42,868 nt of DNA from Pseudonocardiales bacterium (lineage in GTDB: Bacteria > Actinomycetota > Actinomycetes > Mycobacteriales > QHCA01). Below the pieces are notes generated by a model, which had not been told where the DNA came from, did not search any database, and saw only the letters and a list, made by a program, of their open reading frames with translations. Below, one piece after another: positions 35,938 to 42,868 of the stretch. Both the position numbers and the translations under genes were made by a program. The stretch lies in the NCBI GenBank assembly GCA_040003795.1, contig JBDUBV010000002.1, forward strand, positions 1 to 42,868. The letters are read 5' to 3'. Every line of letters begins with the position of its first letter. Positions within the stretch are counted from its first letter, which is position 1.

Positions 35938-37635
35938 TCAGCGGGACCGCACCACCCGGCCCTCGTCCCAAACCGGCTCCGTCGACTCGTAGACCTCACC
36001 GTCGGCACCGAATATCAGGAACCGGTCGAAGGACCTGCCGAACCACCGGTCGTGGGTGACCGCCAGGACCGTCCCCTCATAGAACTCCAGCCCCTCCTGC
36101 AACGCCTCTGCGCTGGCGATGTCGAGGTTGTCGGTCGGCTCGTCGAGCAGCAGCAGGGTGGCCCCGGCGAGCTCGAGCAGCAGGATCTGGAACCTCGCCT
36201 GCTGGCCGCCGGAGAGCGTGCCGAACTGCTGGTCGCCCTGCTGGTCGAGCTCGTAACGACGAAGTGCCCGCATCGCGCCGAAGCGATCGGTGCCCGACCG
36301 GTGCTCGTCGCCGCGCCACAGGATCTCGACCAGGGTGCGACCGAGGAGCTCGGGACGGTCGTGGGTCTGCGCGAAGAGCCCCGGCCGCACCCGGGCGCCC
36401 AGGGTGGCCGTCCCGGTGTGGGCGACCGGCGCGACAGGCGCACCGTCGACCGGTCCTTCACCGGCGCTGCCTCCGCCGGCCAGCAGGCGAAGGAAGTGCG
36501 ACTTGCCCGAGCCGTTGGAGCCAAGCACCGCGACCCGCTCGCCGAAGAACACCTCGAGGTCGAACTGCCGCATCAACCCGGTCAGCTCCAGGCCCTTGCA
36601 GACCACCGCCCGCTTGCCGGTGCGCCCGCCGCGCAGTCGCATGACGACGTTCTGCTCCTGCGGTCGTTCCTCGGGCGGGCCGGCCTCCTCGAACTTTCGC
36701 AGCCGGGTCATCGCAGCCTGCAGGCGGCTGGCCATGTCGGAGTTGTACGACGCCTTCTGCCGGTACATCAGCACCAGGGCCTTGATCTTGGCGTGCTCCT
36801 CGTCCCAGCGGCGGCGCAGCTCGTCGAGGTGCACGTGGCGATCGGCGCGGGCCTGGTGATAGGTGGCGAAACCGCCGCCGTGCGTCCAGGCGGTGCCGCC
36901 CTCGATGGTGACCACCCGAGTGGCCGTCCGCGCCAGCAGCTCCCGGTCGTGGCTGACGTACAACACGGTCTTGGTGGACTCGGTCAACCGCTCCTCCAGC
37001 CAACGCTTGCCCGGAACGTCGAGATAGTTGTCGGGCTCGTCGAGCAGCAGCACCTCGTCGGTCCCACGCAGCAGCGCCTCCAGGGCCAGCCGCTTCTGCT
37101 CACCGCCGGACAGCGTGCCGACCGGACGGTACAAGGCGCGGTCGTACGGCACGCCGAGAGCCGCCACCGTCACCGTGTCCCACAGCACCTCGGCGAGGTA
37201 GCCGCCGGCATCGCCCCATCCAGTCAGCGCATCGGCGTACCGCAACTGGGTGCGCTCGTCGTCGGCCTCCATCAGCGCCTGTTCCGTGGTGTCGAGGGCA
37301 GCACCGGCGGCCCGCAGCGGTGCCGGAGCCAGCGACAGCAGGAGATCCCGGACGGTGGACTCGTCGCGGATCGACCCGATGAACTGCCGCATCACCCCGA
37401 GCCCGCCGGCACGGGCGATGCCGCCACCGGTGGGTCTCAGGTCGCCGGCGACGATGCGCAGCAGGGTGGTCTTGCCGGTGCCGTTGGCCCCGACCAGCGC
37501 GACCTTGGCACCCTCGCCTACCCGGAAGGACACGTCGCCGAACAGCTCGCGCCCGTCGGCCAGTGTGAAGGAGAGGCTTGCGGCATCGACGTATCCCACG
37601 CCGACCAGTGTGCCGGTCGGCGGCGGGGCCGTCAT
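35938..37635 (-). CDS. ABC-F family ATPase (tandem ABC domains, no TM)
   Basis: ATG at 37635. Walker A GANGTGKTT and GSNGSGKSH; signatures LSGGEQKR and LSGGQQAR; charged inter-domain linker. Confidence 0.9.
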   Translation of the reverse strand: MTAPPPTGTLVGVGYVDAASLSFTLADGRELFGDVSFRVGEGAKVALVGANGTGKTTLLRIVAGDLRPTGGGIARAGGLGVMRQFIGSIRDESTVRDLLLSLAPAPLRAAGAALDTTEQALMEADDERTQLRYADALTGWGDAGGYLAEVLWDTVTVAALGVPYDRALYRPVGTLSGGEQKRLALEALLRGTDEVLLLDEPDNYLDVPGKRWLEERLTESTKTVLYVSHDRELLARTATRVVTIEGGTAWTHGGGFATYHQARADRHVHLDELRRRWDEEHAKIKALVLMYRQKASYNSDMASRLQAAMTRLRKFEEAGPPEERPQEQNVVMRLRGGRTGKRAVVCKGLELTGLMRQFDLEVFFGERVAVLGSNGSGKSHFLRLLAGGGSAGEGPVDGAPVAPVAHTGTATLGARVRPGLFAQTHDRPELLGRTLVEILWRGDEHRSGTDRFGAMRALRRYELDQQGDQQFGTLSGGQQARFQILLLELAGATLLLLDEPTDNLDIASAEALQEGLEFYEGTVLAVTHDRWFGRSFDRFLIFGADGEVYESTEPVWDEGRVVRSR

Positions 37636-37675
37636 GCGCATTCGGTCCAGCAGCCGGCGGCAGTACCCTGCCGCC

Positions 37676-38050
37676 ATGGCCGACAACACGTCGTGGCTCG
37701 AGCAACGCTCCGCCGAGACTGAGCAGCGCCTCTCCCGGATCAGCGCCATTCATGCCGAGCTCGGTCAGGTGCACTCGACCGGACGCTCGCCCGACAACCT
37801 CGTCGCCGCCACGGTGTCCGGGCACGGCAAGCTGACCAGCGTCGAGATCGCCGACCAGGCCATCCGCAAGGGCGACGCCGGCGCCATCGGCCGGGCCGTG
37901 GTCGCGGCCGTCACCGCCGCCTTCGACGCCGCCCAGGCCACCGGCCGCGAGCGCATCTCCGAGGTCGTGGACCTCAGCGCCTACGACGCGGTGCTGGCGG
38001 AGATAGGCAACCCGGGGCACGACGACGCACCACCGGTCATCGGCTATTAG
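37676..38050 (+). CDS. YbaB/EbfC-like small protein
   Basis: ATG at 37676, 124 aa. N-terminal coiled region, then VAATVSGHGKLTSVEIADQAI...AIGRAVVAAVTAAFDAA, the pattern typical of actinobacterial YbaB-like proteins. Confidence 0.65.
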   Translation: MADNTSWLEQRSAETEQRLSRISAIHAELGQVHSTGRSPDNLVAATVSGHGKLTSVEIADQAIRKGDAGAIGRAVVAAVTAAFDAAQATGRERISEVVDLSAYDAVLAEIGNPGHDDAPPVIGY

Positions 38051-38061
38051 GCCGTGTCTCG

Positions 38062-38258
38062 TCATGAGAGCCAGGGCACGATCGATGCGAGGGCGATGCC
38101 GCCGCGATAGGTGGTCGGGTACTTGTCGTAACGTGGGCAGGCCACGCTACGAGGGATCACTACCACCTGGCCGCGGGTTCGCAGCGGGTCTGCGTTCTTG
38201 CCCCGGAATAGGCCTTGTCAGCGCGCAGAGCCGATGGTGTGGGCGGTCTAACCGGGGC
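38062..38258 (-). mobile_element. Relic of an IS5-family (DDE) transposase gene, frameshifted and internally deleted
   Basis: The minus strand reads ...ALRADKAYSG in one frame. After a frameshift and a stop it continues KNADPLRTRGQVVVIPRS|VACPRYDKYPTTYRGGIALASIVPWLS*. ADKAY, VIP and xxRYDK...WL are the hallmark C-terminal motifs of IS5-family transposases. About 50 aa between VIPRS and RYDK are missing. Confidence 0.5.
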
Positions 38259-38363
38259 CCAGTCTCGGGACGCGAAGCTCGGCGATCGACCTGGTCTGCG
38301 ATGTGGGTTCGATGGGCTGAGCGGGCGTTCGGTCTGTCGGTGCCGGGTGCGACACTGGCAACC

Positions 38364-38858
38364 ATGGAGGAGACCAAAGCGGCGTTGCAACGCTCGCTGG
38401 GCGGGCAGCGAGGCCATGTCTGCGGAATCCTCGAGGGACTCGATGCAGAGGCATTGCGTCGCCCGGTGCTGCCGACGGGCTGGAGCTGTGCGGGCCTCAT
38501 CCAGCACCTCGCACTCGACGTCGAGCGGTTCTGGTTCCGGGCTGTCCTGGCGGGCGAGCAGGCGGTCTGGGAGGGCTTCGGTGACGGCGACGCGTCGGCG
38601 TGGCAACTCGCCGACGACACCGACCCCCAGTCGGTAATCGCGCTATACCGCGACGAGGTGCGGCTTGCCGACGAGGTCATCACCGCAATGTCACTCGACG
38701 CACCGCCTGCTCGCTGGCCCGAGGAACTGTTCGGTGACTTCCGGCTGCCCGATCTGCAAGCCGTGCTCTTACACGTGCTGACCGAGACCTCGACCCATGC
38801 CGGGCACCTGGATGCAGCCCGCGAGCTCATCGACGGCCGAACGTGGATGGTGCTCTGA
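38364..38858 (+). CDS. DinB-fold (DUF664/mycothiol-transferase-like) protein
   Basis: ATG at 38364, 164 aa. Features: LDAEALRRPVLPTGWSCAGLIQHLA, LLHVLTETSTHAGHLD and His residues in DinB positions. Confidence 0.75.
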   Translation: MEETKAALQRSLGGQRGHVCGILEGLDAEALRRPVLPTGWSCAGLIQHLALDVERFWFRAVLAGEQAVWEGFGDGDASAWQLADDTDPQSVIALYRDEVRLADEVITAMSLDAPPARWPEELFGDFRLPDLQAVLLHVLTETSTHAGHLDAARELIDGRTWMVL

Positions 38859-38907
38859 GCGTCCGCCTGGGGCTGCCGGGGCTCGCGACGCCTGGGCGCG
38901 GCCTATT

Positions 38908-39333
38908 GTGAGCGTCGAGGTGATGGCAGTGGCCGAGTGGCTGTCAATCGAGGTCTTCGACGGGGCGTTCGCGGCCAGTGTGTGGCAGGACTCCCATGGG
39001 GACGCCTTGACCGAGGCCGCGGTGTCCCGTGGCGCCCGGTACTGGCAGTGGCACCGGCACCGCTGGGGCGTGGTGTTGGAGATTCTGTTCGACGACGACG
39101 AAACGCCGACGACCTTTCGCAACCTGACCGGCGTGCGAGCCGCGTTGGATGCGGTGCCGGACCCGGTGAACGGCCTCCTGGTCTACCGCGGACGCGGAGG
39201 GGGTGCCGGGGCGTCGGTGCCTCGCCGCCCCCGCCCCTTGCCGATGTCCGGTGCGGCGGAGCTGCAGCAGTGCGTAGATCCGGTGCCACGCCTGGCGCTT
39301 CACCCGCCCGCAGCGACGTACCCCCTCAACTGA
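38908..39333 (+). CDS. Hypothetical protein
   Basis: GTG at 38908 or ATG at 38923. An N-terminal domain of about 100 aa (AEWLSIEVFDGAFAASVWQDSHGDALTEAAV...VVLEILFDDDETPTTFRNL) is followed by a Gly/Pro/Arg-rich tail. No family recognised. Confidence 0.45.
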   Translation: MSVEVMAVAEWLSIEVFDGAFAASVWQDSHGDALTEAAVSRGARYWQWHRHRWGVVLEILFDDDETPTTFRNLTGVRAALDAVPDPVNGLLVYRGRGGGAGASVPRRPRPLPMSGAAELQQCVDPVPRLALHPPAATYPLN

Positions 39334-39451
39334 GAGCTGCACCCGCCCCAGGGCCGTACGCCGATCAGGGGTTCCTGCGCCGCCGGCTGGCGGCACTGCG
39401 TTCTCAGTGACGCCAAGCGCGGCAAGCCGACCAGCTGACGCGGACGTGCGG

Positions 39452-39489
39452 CGGCCCCGGCGACCGCTCCAGGCGGTGCACCGGGGCCG
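39452..39489 (-). terminator. Nested GC-rich hairpin downstream of the WXG100 pair
   Basis: CGGCCCCGG...(ACCGC-tccag-GCGGT)...CCGGGGCCG. It lies 25-62 nt after the stop at 39514. There is no U-tract. Confidence 0.35.
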
Positions 39490-39513
39490 ACCGGTCTTGG
39501 GGTGGGGGGGTCG

Positions 39514-39801
39514 CTAGGTCCAGATGCGGGTGTTGCTGCGCTCACCGTCGGCGAAGTCGTCGCGGGCCAAGCCGACGGCCACGCCGATCTGGCCGAGAAT
39601 CGCGTTGAGGTCCGCGGCGGCGGTGTCCCACTCGCGCTGCCTGGCCTGGTAACCGGTCGCGGCCTCACCCGTCCACGAGTGGGTGATCTTGGAGACGAAG
39701 ACGCGGAGGTCGTCGAGCTGCTGGTTGATGCTGGCCTTGGTGTTCTGGATGTCGGTCTCCACCTGCTGGAGGCTGCCGAAACTGACGAGAATCTCTGACA
39801 T
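39514..39801 (-). CDS. WXG100 family protein (EsxA-like)
   Basis: 95 aa helical hairpin with W-T-G (HSWTGEAA) at its centre. Confidence 0.85.
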   Translation of the reverse strand: MSEILVSFGSLQQVETDIQNTKASINQQLDDLRVFVSKITHSWTGEAATGYQARQREWDTAAADLNAILGQIGVAVGLARDDFADGERSNTRIWT

Positions 39802-39820
39802 CGCTATCTCCCTGTCCCGG

Positions 39821-40129
39821 TCAGCCGAGCACGCTGGCGATGGAGTTCATGGTCTGCTCGGAGTTCTGGTCGAGCGTGTGGTAGGTCGTCTTCGACGCGT
39901 CGATGGCGTCGGCGATGTGGGCGAGAGCTTCGTTGAGCTTGGTGGCATCGGCGTGCCAGCGCTGGCGCAGGCGCTGGAAGGCGACGGCCGCCCCACCCTT
40001 CCAAGCCGAGGCCTGCCCGTCGAGTTCGGTCATGAGCCTGGTCAGTTGTCCCTGGACCTGGCTGTTGACCTGGCGTACGTCATTGGCAGCCTTGGCCATG
40101 TCGTTGAGATCGGCGCTGTAGTCGGCCAC
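39821..40129 (-). CDS. WXG100 family protein (EsxB-like, carries YxxxD)
   Basis: GTG at 40129 lies 5 nt after GAAGGAAG; the track ATG at 40180 is an alternative. W-K-G (SAWKGGAA) at the centre and a C-terminal Y-H-T-L-D export motif. Confidence 0.85.
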   Translation of the reverse strand: MADYSADLNDMAKAANDVRQVNSQVQGQLTRLMTELDGQASAWKGGAAVAFQRLRQRWHADATKLNEALAHIADAIDASKTTYHTLDQNSEQTMNSIASVLG

Positions 40130-40205
40130 GTCACTTCCTTCGCCAGGGCCTCCGGGCCGGTCGCTGGTGTTCCGGGGCAACGATGCAGCGGGCGCGCCGA
40201 TACCG

Positions 40206-42868
40206 TCAAACGGGCATAGCCGGTGTAGCCGTGCCGACCTCCAGCTCGACGGGGGCCAGCCAGGCGACCTGGGTGAGCTGATCGCCCGTGCGGCGGCTGA
40301 CCAGCACCCCCCTGCCCGGCTGCATGGGTCCCGATCGCACGTTGCCGAGCAGGACCCCCTCGTCGCGGTGTGCCGACATGGCCAGGCCGGGAGAGCCCAA
40401 CTCCTTGATCCGCTGGATCACCGGGTCGAACAGTGCTCGGCTGGCTCCGCCGCTGCGCCGCGCGACGATCAGGTGCAGGCCGATGTCGCGCGCCTGCGGC
40501 AGCAACTCCGCGATGTCGCTCAGCGGGTTGCCCGACTGCGTAGCCACCAGGTCGTAGTCGTCGACCACCAGGAACAGCTCCGGGCCACTCCACCACGACC
40601 GGTTGCGCAACTGCTCGGGTGTGACGTCGGGACCCGGCAGCCGCCGCAGCATGGAGTCGCGGACATCGTTGATCATCGGCCCGGCGGCCGCACTGCCGGT
40701 GGCATAGCCGAGCATGTGCGGCGAGTCGACGGCCTCGAGCAGCGTCCGCCGGTAGTCCACGGCGATAATCCGGGCATGCTCAGGGGTGTAGCGCACGGCG
40801 ATCCCGGCGAGCAGCAACCGGAGCAGGCCGGTCTTGCCGCACTCGACGTCGCCGAAGCACACGAAGTGCGGGTCGGCGTTGAAGTCGAGGTGGACCGGGC
40901 CGAGATCGGCCTCGCGAATGCCGATCGGGATGCCCGCCGGTGAGGAGACCGGGTCGGCGGACGGCAGGTCACCGGCCGAAAACATGGCCGGCAGCAGTCG
41001 CACCCGCGGCGAGGGCAGCCCCCGCCAGGCCTGGGCGATCGCCCCGACCGCCGTGGCAGTGGCCGCGGACAGGCCCGCCGCCGACCACTGCCCGTCGATG
41101 CGCGGCAGGGCAGTGAGCAGGTGCAGCTTGTCGCGGGTGAGTCCCCGGCCCGGGCACGCCTCGGGTACGTTGGCCGCCGCGCGGCGGTCGATCTCGGACT
41201 CCGACGGGTCACCCAGCCGTAGTTCGAGCCTCGTGCCGATCATGTCGCGCAGGGCAGACCGGATCTCGGCCCATCGGGTGGCACCGAGCACGACGTGGAT
41301 GCCGTAGCTCAGGCCGCGGGTCGCCAGGCCGATGATGACCGGCTCGAGCAGCTCGAACTCGGTCTTGAACGTGGTCCAGCCGTCGATCACCAGGAAGACG
41401 TCGCCGAAGCGGTCCTCGGGGACGTCACCCGAAGCCCGACGGGCGCGATAGGTGGCCATCCCATCGATGCCGAGCTCGTAGAAGCGGCGTTCACGCTCCT
41501 CCAGCACCCCGGTCACTTCGGCGACCATCCGCCGCACCATGTCGGGATCGAGGCGCCCCGCGACGCCCCCGACGTGTGGCAGGCCGGTCACCGATGTCAG
41601 CGAGCCGCCGCCGAAGTCGAGGCAGAAGAACTGCACCTCGGCCGGGGTGTGCGCCAGCGCAAGGCTGGTGATCAGCGTCCGCAGCAGGGTGCTCTTGCCG
41701 CTCTGCGGGCCGCCCACGACTACGCCGTGCCCGGCCGCGCCGGACAGGTCGGCCCACAGCGGGTCGCGGCGCTGCTCGAAGGGCCGGTCGACCAGGCCGA
41801 CCGGCACGGTCAGCGAACCGATGGACGGCCAGTCGACCGGACATAACCCGCGGTCGGCGGTGACGGCAATCGGGGGATACAGCGAGTCCAGCGGCGGCGG
41901 CTCCTCCAGCGGCGGCAGCCAGACCTGATGCGCGGCGGGACCGCGGCCGGCGAGCCGCCCGACCGCCACGTCCAGCAGGGTCTCGGGCACCGGCATGTCG
42001 GGCGCCCCGGCCGCCGGCTGCTCGTCGAGGAAGGACTCCAGCGCGGCCGGGGCTGCCTGCGCCGGCGCGACGTAGCCAGTCGAGAACGGCACCGGCAACT
42101 CACCGCCCACCACCGCGGTGCCCCGGTCACGCACCGCGTTGCCGCCGTAGGCGCCGGAGACGTAGGCAGCCTTGAACCGGGTGAGTGTGGTCGTGTCGAC
42201 CTTGAGATAGCCCGACCCGGGGACAGCGGGGAGCTCGTAGGCATCGGGCACGCCAAGGACGGTCCGGCTCTCGGCAGCGGAGAACGTGCGCAGGCCGATT
42301 CGGTAGGACAGGTGGCTGTCCAGGCCGCGCAGCCGGCCCTCCTCCAGCCGCTGGGAGGCCAGCAGGAGGTGGATGCCCAGGCTGCGGCCGAGCCGGCCGA
42401 TCGCGACGAACAGGTCGATGAAGTCGGGCTTGGCGGTGAGCAACTCGCTGAACTCGTCGCACACGATCAGCAGCGACGGCAGGGGCAGCAGGTCGGCGCC
42501 TTTTTCGCGGGCCCGCTCGTAGTCACGCACCGACGCGAAGTTGCCGGCCGACTTGAGCAGCTCCTGGCGGCGCAGCAACTCCCCCTGCAAGGCGTCGCGC
42601 ATCCGGTCGACCATGGTCAGGTCATCGGCGAGGTTGGTGATGACTGCGGCGGTGTGCGGCAGGCCGGCCAGGCCGGTGAAGGTCGCGCCGCCCTTGAAGT
42701 CGACGAGGACGAAGTTGAGGGTCTCCGACGAGTGGGTCATCGCCAGGCCGAGTACGAGAGTGCGCAACAGTTCACTCTTGCCGGAGCCGGTGGAGCCGAT
42801 CACCAGCCCGTGGGGGCCCATCCCCTCCTGCGCCGACTCCTTGAGGTCTAGCTCGACCGGCTCGCCAC
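40206..42868 (-). CDS. eccC: Type VII secretion FtsK/SpoIIIE ATPase EccC (N-terminus outside the window)
   Basis: The frame stays open to the window edge (GEPVELDLKESAQEGMGPHGLVIGSTGSGKSELLRT). Three P-loops are present: GSTGSGKS, GGPQSGKS and GDVECGKT. It lies directly upstream of two WXG100 genes. Confidence 0.95.
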   Translation of the reverse strand, partial: GEPVELDLKESAQEGMGPHGLVIGSTGSGKSELLRTLVLGLAMTHSSETLNFVLVDFKGGATFTGLAGLPHTAAVITNLADDLTMVDRMRDALQGELLRRQELLKSAGNFASVRDYERAREKGADLLPLPSLLIVCDEFSELLTAKPDFIDLFVAIGRLGRSLGIHLLLASQRLEEGRLRGLDSHLSYRIGLRTFSAAESRTVLGVPDAYELPAVPGSGYLKVDTTTLTRFKAAYVSGAYGGNAVRDRGTAVVGGELPVPFSTGYVAPAQAAPAALESFLDEQPAAGAPDMPVPETLLDVAVGRLAGRGPAAHQVWLPPLEEPPPLDSLYPPIAVTADRGLCPVDWPSIGSLTVPVGLVDRPFEQRRDPLWADLSGAAGHGVVVGGPQSGKSTLLRTLITSLALAHTPAEVQFFCLDFGGGSLTSVTGLPHVGGVAGRLDPDMVRRMVAEVTGVLEERERRFYELGIDGMATYRARRASGDVPEDRFGDVFLVIDGWTTFKTEFELLEPVIIGLATRGLSYGIHVVLGATRWAEIRSALRDMIGTRLELRLGDPSESEIDRRAAANVPEACPGRGLTRDKLHLLTALPRIDGQWSAAGLSAATATAVGAIAQAWRGLPSPRVRLLPAMFSAGDLPSADPVSSPAGIPIGIREADLGPVHLDFNADPHFVCFGDVECGKTGLLRLLLAGIAVRYTPEHARIIAVDYRRTLLEAVDSPHMLGYATGSAAAGPMINDVRDSMLRRLPGPDVTPEQLRNRSWWSGPELFLVVDDYDLVATQSGNPLSDIAELLPQARDIGLHLIVARRSGGASRALFDPVIQRIKELGSPGLAMSAHRDEGVLLGNVRSGPMQPGRGVLVSRRTGDQLTQVAWLAPVELEVGTATPAMPV

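Noticed and set aside
38064-38363. 100-aa N-terminal extension of the DinB-fold protein
   Set aside because: The extension is Arg/Gly/Ser-rich and non-protein-like. The opposite strand carries transposase-relic motifs. A good ATG at 38364 gives a normal 164-aa DinB-fold protein.

Overview
High-GC Actinomycetota chromosome. No rRNA, tRNA, CRISPR or intact mobile element was seen. Most of the window is a conserved housekeeping backbone. Its gene order matches what I recall of the M. tuberculosis Rv3396c-Rv3443c region and the S. coelicolor whiD-bldM-sigma-guaB region. The order is guaA, guaB3, guaB, an Rv3412-like gene, a SigD/RsdA-like ECF module, a BldM-like regulator, whiB3/whiD, groEL1-groES, tsaD-rimI-tsaB-tsaE, alr, nnr, acpS, glmS, glmM, rpsI-rplM. 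The left end also carries a PspC/LiaF-type envelope-stress three-component module.

The backbone is interrupted by accessory material:
- 27944-29813: a three-gene type VII secretion (T7SS) effector cassette sits between acpS and nnr. It comprises a helper with a YxxxD motif, a 400-aa modular protein with an N-terminal WXG motif and an unassigned 77-aa C-terminal module, and an overlapping DUF4288-like ORF. This is the best candidate for an undescribed toxin/immunity system.
- 39514-42868: a T7SS core fragment (eccC, truncated by the window edge, plus two WXG100 genes) lies about 10 kb from the cassette. A YbaB-like gene, an IS5-family transposase relic, a DinB-fold gene and an unknown ORF lie next to it.
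- 18967-20183: an islet with atypical codon usage encodes a Pro/Glu-rich peptide and a membrane-anchored pentapeptide-repeat protein.

Other oddities:
- The ECF sigma and its anti-sigma are one continuous reading frame.
- The BldM-like regulator has lost every phospho-acceptor residue.
- A gene between bldM and whiB3 appears doubly frameshifted.
- A palindromic repeat occurs in two intergenic copies.

All family assignments come from motif and synteny recognition by eye. No database search was run.
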